Below are positions 18,250 to 25,810 of a stretch of DNA of 32,000 bases, piece after piece. Positions within the stretch are counted from its first letter, which is position 1. Every line of letters begins with the position of its first letter. A model generated the notes under the pieces. That model saw only the letters and a list, made by a program, of their open reading frames with translations. It ran no database searches and was not told where the DNA came from. The translations under genes and the position numbers were made by a program. Source of the stretch: Candidatus Bathyanammoxibius amoris (GTDB lineage: Bacteria; Planctomycetota; Brocadiia; Brocadiales; Bathyanammoxibiaceae); contig JAMXCW010000002.1 of assembly GCA_024451685.1 (NCBI GenBank), positions 75,042 through 107,041 of the forward strand, written 5' to 3'.

Positions 18250-18615
18250 TCAATACGCGCCAGTCACCAATAATACCTGCCCTATGGCGTGGTCTTTTGT
18301 GTGGGTTATTGATACGTCCCATGAGCCGACACCCTTTTCCTCGGCGAGTTCCTTCGCCCTCCCATAAAGTTTAAGGTAAGGACGTCCCGAGGAATCATTG
18401 AGCAACTCAATATCTGTCCACTTCATCCCCGTACCCAGGGCCTTTACCACCGCCTCTTTTACGGCAAACCTGGCGGCCAGGTGTTCAAACTTATTCCTCT
18501 TAGAGAGGCTGTACTCTACCTCCCTGGGGGTGTATATGCGGTCAATAAAGGATTCGTAACGGGTAAAAAGGTCTTTAATTCTTCCAACTTCCACCAGGTC
18601 GATGCCTATGTACAC
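18250..18615 (-). CDS. acpS: Holo-ACP synthase
   Basis: MYIGIDLVEVGRIKDLFTRY, YTPREVEY, HLAARFAVKEAVVKALGTG, WDVSITHTKDHAIG. Confidence 0.95.
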   Translation of the reverse strand: MYIGIDLVEVGRIKDLFTRYESFIDRIYTPREVEYSLSKRNKFEHLAARFAVKEAVVKALGTGMKWTDIELLNDSSGRPYLKLYGRAKELAEEKGVGSWDVSITHTKDHAIGQVLLVTGAY

Positions 18616-18665
18616 ACCGATACTCCCCTAGAACTCCTCAAGAGAAAAATAACCCGTGTGTAGGG

Positions 18666-18694
18666 ATTCTATCTATTGTAGTAACAGTTGTCAA
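18666..18694 (-). promoter_or_regulatory. Sigma70-type promoter for the acpS-led minus-strand block
   Basis: Minus-strand TTGACA (18694-18689), 17 bp spacer, TAGAAT (18671-18666); GGGGAG ribosome-binding site (18628-18623) 7 nt before the acpS ATG. Confidence 0.65.
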
Positions 18695-18739
18695 CGAGAA
18701 ATTGACTGGTGGACCAGGTTATGCCTTACGCTCTTAATA

Positions 18740-18767
18740 TTGACAGCACAAAGGGATAGCATATAAT
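18740..18767 (+). promoter_or_regulatory. Sigma70-type promoter for the MATE transporter gene
   Basis: Exact TTGACA (18740-18745), 16 bp spacer, exact TATAAT (18762-18767), ending 11 nt before the ATG at 18779. Confidence 0.65.
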
Positions 18768-18778
18768 AGCAACTTCTC

Positions 18779-20128
18779 ATGCATATCCTGGAACCCACAG
18801 AAAAAAACCTCAATAAAAACATAGCCCGCCTGGCCATTCCCGCTGCTGCCGAGAACATACTGCACCTGATGGTATTCATTGTGGATATCATCATGGTCGG
18901 CAGGCTGGGGACAGAGGCAATTGCCGCAGTGGGGATGGCGGGGGCGCTGAGTTTTGTACTGACCATGGTGTTTGCCTCAAGTTCTGCCGGCACGGTAAGC
19001 CTTGTGGCCAGATACTCCGGGGCCAAGGACAAGCCTACCGCAGAGCGAGTGGCGACCCAGTCATTGTTATTGGGACTAGTCTTAGGCCTCCTGGCCTTCC
19101 CCCTGCTCTATTTCTCCGCCGTAAACATTCTCTACATGATGAGCGCAGAACCGGATGTGGCCTTGCTTGGCGCCCTCTACTTCAAGATAGTCATATGTTT
19201 TCTCCCCTTCAGACTCATAATGCTGGCCGGTCATGCCGCCTTTAGGGGCGCGGGAGACACGCGAACGCCCATGCTGATTACGCTGGTGATGAACTGTCTG
19301 AACATCCTATTTAACTGGCTGCTCATATTCGGCATATGGATATTCCCCAGGTTGGAGGTGGCAGGCGCCGCCTGGGGCACCGCCATTTCTTATGTAGCAG
19401 GTGCCATTATGGTCGCGGTCATCATCTCCGGCGGCAGGGGGCTGATTACGGTAAAACTGCGCAATGTCCTTTCTCCAGACCCGGACATCATAAAGAGAAT
19501 AGTCAGGATATCGACGCCCGCGGCCATTGATGCCTTTCTTACCCAGGTGGGCTACCTGGTCTTTTTAAAGATAGTGGCTACGTTGGGCACAACGTCCCTG
19601 GCGGCGCATCAGATAGCCATCAGGATAGAGGCCTTCTCGTTTATGCCCGGTTACGCGCTGGCCGTTTCTACGGCCACGCTGGTCGGGCACAGTCTGGGGG
19701 CCAAAAACGAAGACCTCGCCCGGCTGAGCATGAGGCGGAGCTGCATCTACGCCCTCATAGTGATGTGCTCGTTCGGCGTCTTGTTCCTGCTCATTCCGGA
19801 ACCCCTGGCACGCATATTTTCACCTGAACCGAGCGTGTTACAGCTGACCGTAATCTGTGTTATGATTGCGGCGATAGAGCAGCCGGCGCTCGCCATCTAC
19901 ATGGTATACGCCGGCGGGCTGAGGGGAGCGGGAGATACGATGAGCCCGATGTTGATCACCATTATCGGGACGCTATTCATCCACGTGCCCACAGCGTATC
20001 TCTTCGGGATAGTCCTTGGCTGGGGACTGCCGGGCATATGGTTCGGGGCGGCGCTTGACTGGATACTACGCGCCATAGCGGTTTGCATACTCTACCGCCG
20101 GGGAAGGTGGAAGCGGGTAAAGGTTTGA
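18779..20128 (+). CDS. MATE family efflux transporter
   Basis: 449 aa polytopic; ENILHLMVFIVDIIMVGRLGTEAIAAVGMA, FRGAGDTRTPMLIT, RGAGDTMSPMLITI. Confidence 0.93.
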   Translation: MHILEPTEKNLNKNIARLAIPAAAENILHLMVFIVDIIMVGRLGTEAIAAVGMAGALSFVLTMVFASSSAGTVSLVARYSGAKDKPTAERVATQSLLLGLVLGLLAFPLLYFSAVNILYMMSAEPDVALLGALYFKIVICFLPFRLIMLAGHAAFRGAGDTRTPMLITLVMNCLNILFNWLLIFGIWIFPRLEVAGAAWGTAISYVAGAIMVAVIISGGRGLITVKLRNVLSPDPDIIKRIVRISTPAAIDAFLTQVGYLVFLKIVATLGTTSLAAHQIAIRIEAFSFMPGYALAVSTATLVGHSLGAKNEDLARLSMRRSCIYALIVMCSFGVLFLLIPEPLARIFSPEPSVLQLTVICVMIAAIEQPALAIYMVYAGGLRGAGDTMSPMLITIIGTLFIHVPTAYLFGIVLGWGLPGIWFGAALDWILRAIAVCILYRRGRWKRVKV

Positions 20129-20165
20129 AGTAAACCATCCTCCATACAATTAGAGGGGAAGAAAG

Positions 20166-20726
20166 GTGTTTAAAATGGACTATATCAGAAAACCATTGTT
20201 TGCCATCGTCTTTACCGTCTTGATTGGATTTAGCCCTGCGTTTCCGGGTATGGAGTCTCGCACGGCCTATGGTATTGAGACAGACAGAAACAAAGAGGCC
20301 TTGTTAGAAACAAAGAAATGCCAGGGGTGCGACCTGCATGGTGTTAACCTGGCGGGGTTGGAACTGCAAGGCGCCAACCTGAGACGCGCCAAACTTGTTG
20401 AATCAAACCTTCAGGGTGCCGACCTGAGTGGGGCTGACATGAAGATGAGTCTCTTGAGGCGGGCCAACCTTGCCGGCGCTAAAATGGTTAATGCCGACCT
20501 GACAGGTGCATACCTTCTGGGCGCCAACCTGGAAGGAGCCAACCTTAAGGGAGTTGACCTTGCCAGTGCCACTCTGGATAATGCCAATCTGCAAGGCGCC
20601 AATCTGGAAGGCGCAAACCTGGCCTTCGTCGGTGTTGGAGAAGCGGACTTTAAGGGTGTAACGGGCCTTACCCCGGGGCAGAAAAAATATCTACGGTATG
20701 AAGGCGCCAAAAACGTACCCGAATGA
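20166..20726 (+). CDS. Probably exported pentapeptide-repeat protein
   Basis: Hydrophobic N-terminus then A(N/D)L-type pentapeptides (GANLRRAKLVESNLQGADLSGADMKMSLLRRANLAGAKMVNADLTGAYLLGANLEGANLKG). Confidence 0.85.
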   Translation: MFKMDYIRKPLFAIVFTVLIGFSPAFPGMESRTAYGIETDRNKEALLETKKCQGCDLHGVNLAGLELQGANLRRAKLVESNLQGADLSGADMKMSLLRRANLAGAKMVNADLTGAYLLGANLEGANLKGVDLASATLDNANLQGANLEGANLAFVGVGEADFKGVTGLTPGQKKYLRYEGAKNVPE

Positions 20727-20773
20727 TAGGAAACGATTACACGGTTCACTTGACCTAATAACAAATTTTTGCC

Positions 20774-20901
20774 GAGCAAGCTCTGCCGCTACATCGTTGT
20801 GTAGGTGTCATTCTGAGTTTCTTGAGCGAAGAATCTATAATAATGTTAGATTTTCGGGGGTGCCGCAGGTCTTTAGACCTGCGGAGAAGGCGAATCCGCC
20901 T
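20774..20901. repeat. Dispersed intergenic repeat sharing modules with 9667-9967
   Basis: GAGCAAGCTCtgcCGCTACATCG (20774-20796), CATTCTGAG...GCGAAGAATCT (20809-20836), TGCCGCAGGTCTTTAGACCTGCGG hairpin (stem 20863-20884) and AGGCGAATCCGCCT. Confidence 0.65.
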
Positions 20902-20971
20902 CTGGCGTGACTTCGATCGTTCAAGTCCCTCAGTAATGACATTTGCGCAGGGATTTCAGGGCCGAAGCAGT

Positions 20972-21457
20972 CTAGTCCTTCTTTGCCACGCCCTTTTTCG
21001 ACAGTGTGACCCAGTCCGACCAATCCTCCCACTCGACAAACCGGGTCTTGTCGGTAAGCCAGTACTCGGTGCCCTTCCGCGTGCGGTTACAGACCATGTA
21101 GTCGGTGGTCTTGGTCTGTCTCTGGACGACGGGCCTGTAGTAATGGCATTCTACCTGGTGGAAGACTATCTTGGACTTGTCCTCTACCGGTATCAATTCC
21201 AGGTCCTCCGGTGTCAGTTCGCCCTTTTCGAGCATTTCCTTCGGTACGGCCACCTCGTACACAAGTTTCTCTTCCACCTTTATCGTCGCCATCTCCGGGT
21301 TGTAAGTCTCGTCCGGCACGGGGATAGTCGGGGCATTTCCCGTCATGAATATGTTCCGGCTGTAGGTACCCTGCACGGAGGTCTGGCAGGTCAAAATAAA
21401 AGAAAGCGCGCAGATTGCAGATACTGCGAGAAGACATCCCCTTTTTGAGAACTTCAT
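20972..21457 (-). CDS. Exported hypothetical protein
   Basis: 161 aa with a hydrophobic N-terminus (LLAVSAICALSFILTCQTSVQG); no family recognised. Confidence 0.55.
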   Translation of the reverse strand: MKFSKRGCLLAVSAICALSFILTCQTSVQGTYSRNIFMTGNAPTIPVPDETYNPEMATIKVEEKLVYEVAVPKEMLEKGELTPEDLELIPVEDKSKIVFHQVECHYYRPVVQRQTKTTDYMVCNRTRKGTEYWLTDKTRFVEWEDWSDWVTLSKKGVAKKD

Positions 21458-21595
21458 TTCTTAAATACCCTCCCATTAGACACGAACCGTAAAACCTAAA
21501 ATTCTTGAGATATTATAGTCCTGGTACGGGCCTCAGTCAATAAGCCCTTTTACGTAAATATCCTGCTGTAAAGCAATTGACGCATAAGGTCAGAG

Positions 21596-22507
21596 GTGCT
21601 ATATTTCGTAGACAATTTTATTGTGAGGGGACTGGTGGAAGAGGCTATCCGCAAGGCGGACACACTCATAGAGGCCCTGCCGTACATTAAGGCCTTCAGG
21701 GACAAACTGATTGTAATAAAGCTGGGCGGCAGCGCCCTGGCCGCGGGGGGTGAACTGCGCGGGCTTCTTGAGGACGTCATCTTCATGAAGACGGTGGGCA
21801 TGAGGCCCATACTCGTCCACGGAGGCGGGCCCCACATTACCGAGGAAATGGCAAAGAGGGGCAAAAAACCCAAGTTTGTTCAGGGACACCGCGTTACCGA
21901 CCAGGAGACACTTGATATAGTGGTAGACATCCTGATAAACGACGTTAATAAGGGTATACTGGACGAGCTTAAGGGTCTGGGGGACGAGGGAGTCAATCTG
22001 TGGAGGAATGGGCGTCCCCCGCTGAAGGCTGAACAATATATGGCAACGGACGAGGGTGGTAAAAAGATAGACCTGGGCCGTGTGGGGGAACTCTTGTCGA
22101 TAGAAGAAAAGGCGTTTCGTAAGGCATGCAATGCTGGTAAGATACCTGTAATAGCGCCGGTTGCGCGGGGCCGGGACGGCCTGTTAAATGTAAATGCTGA
22201 CAATGTGGCGTCCTTCATGGCCGGTTCCTTGAAGGCCGAGAAGCTGGTGTTTCTCTCAGACACGCACGGTATTATGACGGACCCTTCTTGTGATGATACC
22301 ACGGTATCCAGCCTGTCGAAGGCTGAGGTAATGTCGCTTGTCGCGAGCGGGGTAATCGCGGGCGGCATGCTGCCCAAGTCATGGGCGTGCCTCAGGGCGA
22401 TTGAACATGGGGTGAAGAAGGCCCACATAATTGACGGCAGGATACCCCACTCACTTCTACTAGAGATATTTACGGACAAGGGGATAGGCACACAAATAGT
22501 GCTATGA
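21596..22507 (+). CDS. argB: Acetylglutamate kinase
   Basis: LIVIKLGGSALAAG, RPILVHGGGPHITEEMAKRG, VNADNVASFMAG, SGVIAGGMLPKSWACLRAIEHGVKKAHIIDGRIPHSLLLEIFTDKGIGTQI. GTG start assumed. Confidence 0.95.
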   Translation: MLYFVDNFIVRGLVEEAIRKADTLIEALPYIKAFRDKLIVIKLGGSALAAGGELRGLLEDVIFMKTVGMRPILVHGGGPHITEEMAKRGKKPKFVQGHRVTDQETLDIVVDILINDVNKGILDELKGLGDEGVNLWRNGRPPLKAEQYMATDEGGKKIDLGRVGELLSIEEKAFRKACNAGKIPVIAPVARGRDGLLNVNADNVASFMAGSLKAEKLVFLSDTHGIMTDPSCDDTTVSSLSKAEVMSLVASGVIAGGMLPKSWACLRAIEHGVKKAHIIDGRIPHSLLLEIFTDKGIGTQIVL

Positions 22508-23304
22508 GCAACGCGGGTCGGACGAAATTCGGCAGGTTCTTCATAGTCATTGGTAACGGGTTTCTGAATTTCGCGCAATCCGTGGGCGAGATGTGCCAGT
22601 TGCTGGCCGCATCCATACTGTGGTGCCGGGCGGTGTTTAAGAACCTGGACAAGGTTCTCGCCCAGATGGGCAAGGTAGGTGCGGACACGCTGCCCATTGC
22701 GAGCCTGACGGCGTTATTTATCGGGTTCGTACTCGCCCTGCAGATGGGCGTCGCGCTACAGACGTATGGCCAGGAAAAAAGTATCGGCGCGGTTGTGGCT
22801 ATATCTATGGCACGAGAACTGGGTCCGGTCCTGACGGCTATACTGGTCATTGGGAGGATAGGCGCCGCCATTACCGCCGAGCTAGCCACAATGAGCGTCT
22901 CTGAAGAGATTGATGCCATGAAGACACTTGGCATCAATCCCGTGCGCTATCTGGTTATGCCCAGGCTCCTCGCCTGCGTCATCATGTTGCCGTTGCTGGT
23001 CGTCTACGTGGACCTGGTGGGAATGATAGGCGGGGCCGCCGTGGCAAAGGCATATTTCGGCGTACCGTTCTTCATATACATTGAGAACCTAGAGGAGTGG
23101 CTGACCTTTGGGGATATTGCTCAAGGGATGGTAAAGGGGGCGGTCTTTGGCGTCATTATTGCGATAGTAAGCTGTCAGCGCGGGCTCGCCACGGTAGGCG
23201 GACCCGGCGAGGTGGGTCTTGCCACGACCAACTCAGTGGTTTTTTCCTTTGTAAGCGTTTACATATCCAATTATTTTGTTACCAGGCTATGGTTACTGCA
23301 ATAA
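22504..23304 (+). CDS. mlaE: MlaE-type ABC permease (lipid transport)
   Basis: AISMARELGPVLTAILVIGRIGAAITAELATMSVSEEIDAMKTLGINPVRYLVMPR is the MlaE signature; 4 nt overlap with argB. Confidence 0.92.
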   Translation: MSNAGRTKFGRFFIVIGNGFLNFAQSVGEMCQLLAASILWCRAVFKNLDKVLAQMGKVGADTLPIASLTALFIGFVLALQMGVALQTYGQEKSIGAVVAISMARELGPVLTAILVIGRIGAAITAELATMSVSEEIDAMKTLGINPVRYLVMPRLLACVIMLPLLVVYVDLVGMIGGAAVAKAYFGVPFFIYIENLEEWLTFGDIAQGMVKGAVFGVIIAIVSCQRGLATVGGPGEVGLATTNSVVFSFVSVYISNYFVTRLWLLQ

Positions 23305-24086
23305 ATTCAGAGATAAAAGAGGTCGAAGGAGAGACGGCAATTGAGGTGCGCCAGCTACACAAATGGTTCAGAGGTAATCATGTCCTCAGGGGCCTCGACC
23401 TCAAGATTTACGACGGAACATCGACTGTCATAGTAGGCGGCAGCGGTGCGGGCAAAAGCGTACTCCTAAAACATATAATCGGTCTGGCCAGGCCCGCTTC
23501 GGGCAATATATATATCTACGGCGAGGAGCTCACGGGCAAGACTGGTAAGCATCTTGAGGCTATTCAGCGGAAATTTGCAATGGTCTTTCAGGGTTCGGCG
23601 CTCTTGAACTCTCTTACGGTGGCTGAGAACGTTGGTCTTGGCCTCACCGAACAGCGCAGGTTCAGCAAGAAACATATAGCTGGGATTGTGAGGGAGAAGC
23701 TCGCCCTCGTGGGGCTTGAGGGCAAGGACTCACAGCTCCCCGGGGAATTGAGCGGCGGAATGAAGAAGAGAGTGGGGGTAGCCAGGGCACTGGCGATGGA
23801 CCCTGAAATACTCCTGTTCGACGAACCGACCACGGGCCTTGACCCGGTGATGGCCGAACGCATAGACACACTGATAGACGACTTGAAGAGCAAATTAAAG
23901 AAGACGACTGTCATAGTAACCCATGACATGGATTCCGCTTTTAAGTTGTCAGATCGTATTGTTATGATATATGATGGTAAGATAGTGGAAGAGGGTTCAC
24001 CTGAGGAGTTCTTGCACAGCACAAACCCGGTGGTCGAACAATTTACAAGCAGGTTTAAGAGGCAAGGGGCTAAGGAAAACCCTTGA
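23289..24086 (+). CDS. mlaF: MlaF-type ABC ATPase (lipid transport)
   Basis: VIVGGSGAGKSVLLKHIIG (Walker A), LSGGMKKRVGVARAL, PEILLFDEPTTGLDP; starts inside the mlaE 3' end. ORF-track start at 23097 lies within mlaE. Confidence 0.92.
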   Translation: MVTAINSEIKEVEGETAIEVRQLHKWFRGNHVLRGLDLKIYDGTSTVIVGGSGAGKSVLLKHIIGLARPASGNIYIYGEELTGKTGKHLEAIQRKFAMVFQGSALLNSLTVAENVGLGLTEQRRFSKKHIAGIVREKLALVGLEGKDSQLPGELSGGMKKRVGVARALAMDPEILLFDEPTTGLDPVMAERIDTLIDDLKSKLKKTTVIVTHDMDSAFKLSDRIVMIYDGKIVEEGSPEEFLHSTNPVVEQFTSRFKRQGAKENP

Positions 24087-24105
24087 TACAGGGAGGTGTG
24101 TCGTT

Positions 24106-25062
24106 ATGGCGTCACCGGCACAGGCAAAAAAGGTTGGTATATTTTTCATCATCGGTATGGTCATACTTGGGCTCATAACCTTCAGGGTAGAGCAGGTAGG
24201 ACGTTTTTTCAAAAAGCACAACGATTACAAGGCCTATTTTCAGAGTTCCAAGGGCCTGAAGAGGGGCTCAAGGGTAACCCTCTCCGGGATGGACATCGGG
24301 GAGGTCAAGCGTGTAGACATTGAAGCCGGTAAGATACTGGTAACGATGGCCGTTGGCAGAAATATTCCAATCAGAAAGGGTTCTGTCGCGGTAATCGTCC
24401 CCGATTTCCTGTTCGGCAAGAGTTACATAGACATAAGCCTGGTACCGCCCAATAGACCCCCGCTCCCCCCCGGCAGTGTGATGGAGAGTGCTAACGTCCC
24501 CGGATTCAGTGACATGCTGGTGAAGCTCGACCTGGCAATGGGCAGTCTTGACATCCTCACCGATACCCTCAAGAGCGCTCAGACAATCCTGGCAAGACTG
24601 GAGCGCGGGGAGGGTACAATAGGAAAACTATTTGCCGACGATGAGATATTCGACGATCTCAAGGGCACGGTAACAAACGCCAACGAGATTATGGAAAGGA
24701 TGGCCCGTGGAGAAGGAACTATTGGCAAACTCCTGGTGGACGACAAGTTCTTTGACGACCTCAACGAGGCGGTAACTAACGCAAACGTAATCATGGCCAA
24801 GATGGCCAAGGGTGAGGGCACCATGGGCAAGCTAATCGCAGACGAGGAACTCTTTAATGACCTCAACGAGGCTGTAGGAAATGCCAACATCATCCTAGGC
24901 AAGATGGTCAGAGGCGAGGGTACCCTGGGTAAGCTGGTCAGGAGCGAAGACCTTCACGAAGACCTAAAAAATATGATGGCCAACCTGGCAGAGACGGTTA
25001 ACGGGTTCAGGGCCATGATGCCGCAGGGCGCCTTCAGCAGTGTAATGTATAGTTCCTTCTAG
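24106..25062 (+). CDS. mlaD: MlaD/MCE-domain lipid-transport substrate-binding protein
   Basis: Single N-terminal TM, MCE-type GLKRGSRVTLSGMDIGEVKRVDIEAGKILVTMAV...IPIRKGSVAVI, next to mlaE/mlaF. Confidence 0.88.
   Translation: MASPAQAKKVGIFFIIGMVILGLITFRVEQVGRFFKKHNDYKAYFQSSKGLKRGSRVTLSGMDIGEVKRVDIEAGKILVTMAVGRNIPIRKGSVAVIVPDFLFGKSYIDISLVPPNRPPLPPGSVMESANVPGFSDMLVKLDLAMGSLDILTDTLKSAQTILARLERGEGTIGKLFADDEIFDDLKGTVTNANEIMERMARGEGTIGKLLVDDKFFDDLNEAVTNANVIMAKMAKGEGTMGKLIADEELFNDLNEAVGNANIILGKMVRGEGTLGKLVRSEDLHEDLKNMMANLAETVNGFRAMMPQGAFSSVMYSSF
24604..25011 (+). repeat. Four tandem in-frame 34-aa (102 bp) units in the MlaD-like C-terminus
   Basis: RGEGTIGKLFADDEIFDDLKGTVTNANEIMERMA / RGEGTIGKLLVDDKFFDDLNEAVTNANVIMAKMA / KGEGTMGKLIADEELFNDLNEAVGNANIILGKMV / RGEGTLGKLVRSEDLHEDLKNMMANLAETVNGFR. 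Confidence 0.9.
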
Positions 25063-25074
25063 GGGGTGCATCTA

Positions 25075-25527
25075 CTAATCTACCGATTGCTGGTACATGA
25101 AGGCAGCCTTCTCCAGGAGAAGGCTTGTAACTTCCTGTGTGGACTCTTCCACTATTGTTGGCAGCTGGGTCTCGTCCGTAAACGATTCCATCGGGACGCT
25201 GTAGACGTTATACCTCTGTTCGCTTCCCCAGTAGGTGTAGACCCAGACGTTGGCCGTCTTGATAGTGCCGTCGGAGAAGAAATCGAAGAAGACCAGCCAG
25301 CCCTTCAGGCCCAATAGATCGTTCTCGGCCAGCTGCCTCCGCAGCTCCTCGATGAACGGTTTTTCAAAACGTTCCTTTGCCGCCATCGCCTCTTTCTTTT
25401 CCCCAGCGGTGAAATCGCGTGCGGGAAGGCTCCTCACCCCCTTCACAAAACCAACACCCCATTCCTCCGACATGCCTGTGCATCCGGTAAGGAAAAGCGC
25501 CAAGAGTACAACACAGGTTAGTTTCAT
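25075..25527 (-). CDS. Putative lipoprotein of unknown function
   Basis: MKLTCVVLLALFLTGCTG lipobox (LTGC); 150 aa. Confidence 0.6.
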   Translation of the reverse strand: MKLTCVVLLALFLTGCTGMSEEWGVGFVKGVRSLPARDFTAGEKKEAMAAKERFEKPFIEELRRQLAENDLLGLKGWLVFFDFFSDGTIKTANVWVYTYWGSEQRYNVYSVPMESFTDETQLPTIVEESTQEVTSLLLEKAAFMYQQSVD

Positions 25528-25744
25528 CTTGTATCTTTTAACATCACACCTTTGGTGTGGCTTTCCGTCTCAGGCGGATTCAACCCCTCGGAACGACTAG
25601 TACAAAACGTACGTAGAATTTTCCAACAATTTAATAACATCTTCCGAACTCAAAAGCAATTATAATAATATATCGAGCCCATGACAAGGGCTGCGGCAGC
25701 GCACTATGTCACCTTGAGAAAAATCACTTCGAAAGAGGTTATAC

Positions 25745-25773
25745 TTGATTGTGCTTTTTTGGTGTGCGATAAT
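25745..25773 (+). promoter_or_regulatory. Candidate promoter upstream of argD
   Basis: TTGATT, 17 bp spacer, GATAAT. Confidence 0.35.
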
Positions 25774-25810
25774 ACCGCACTCAGCCGCGACATGATTTAA
25801 GGTAAGGCCA

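Noticed and set aside
20300-20660. Periodic GCCAACCT-like nucleotide repeats
   Set aside because: Explained by pentapeptide-repeat coding sequence, not an independent DNA repeat.
24604-25011. Possible CRISPR-like or tandem DNA repeat array
   Set aside because: The 102 bp periodicity is in-frame protein repeat within the MlaD-like gene with diverged nucleotide copies and no spacer structure.
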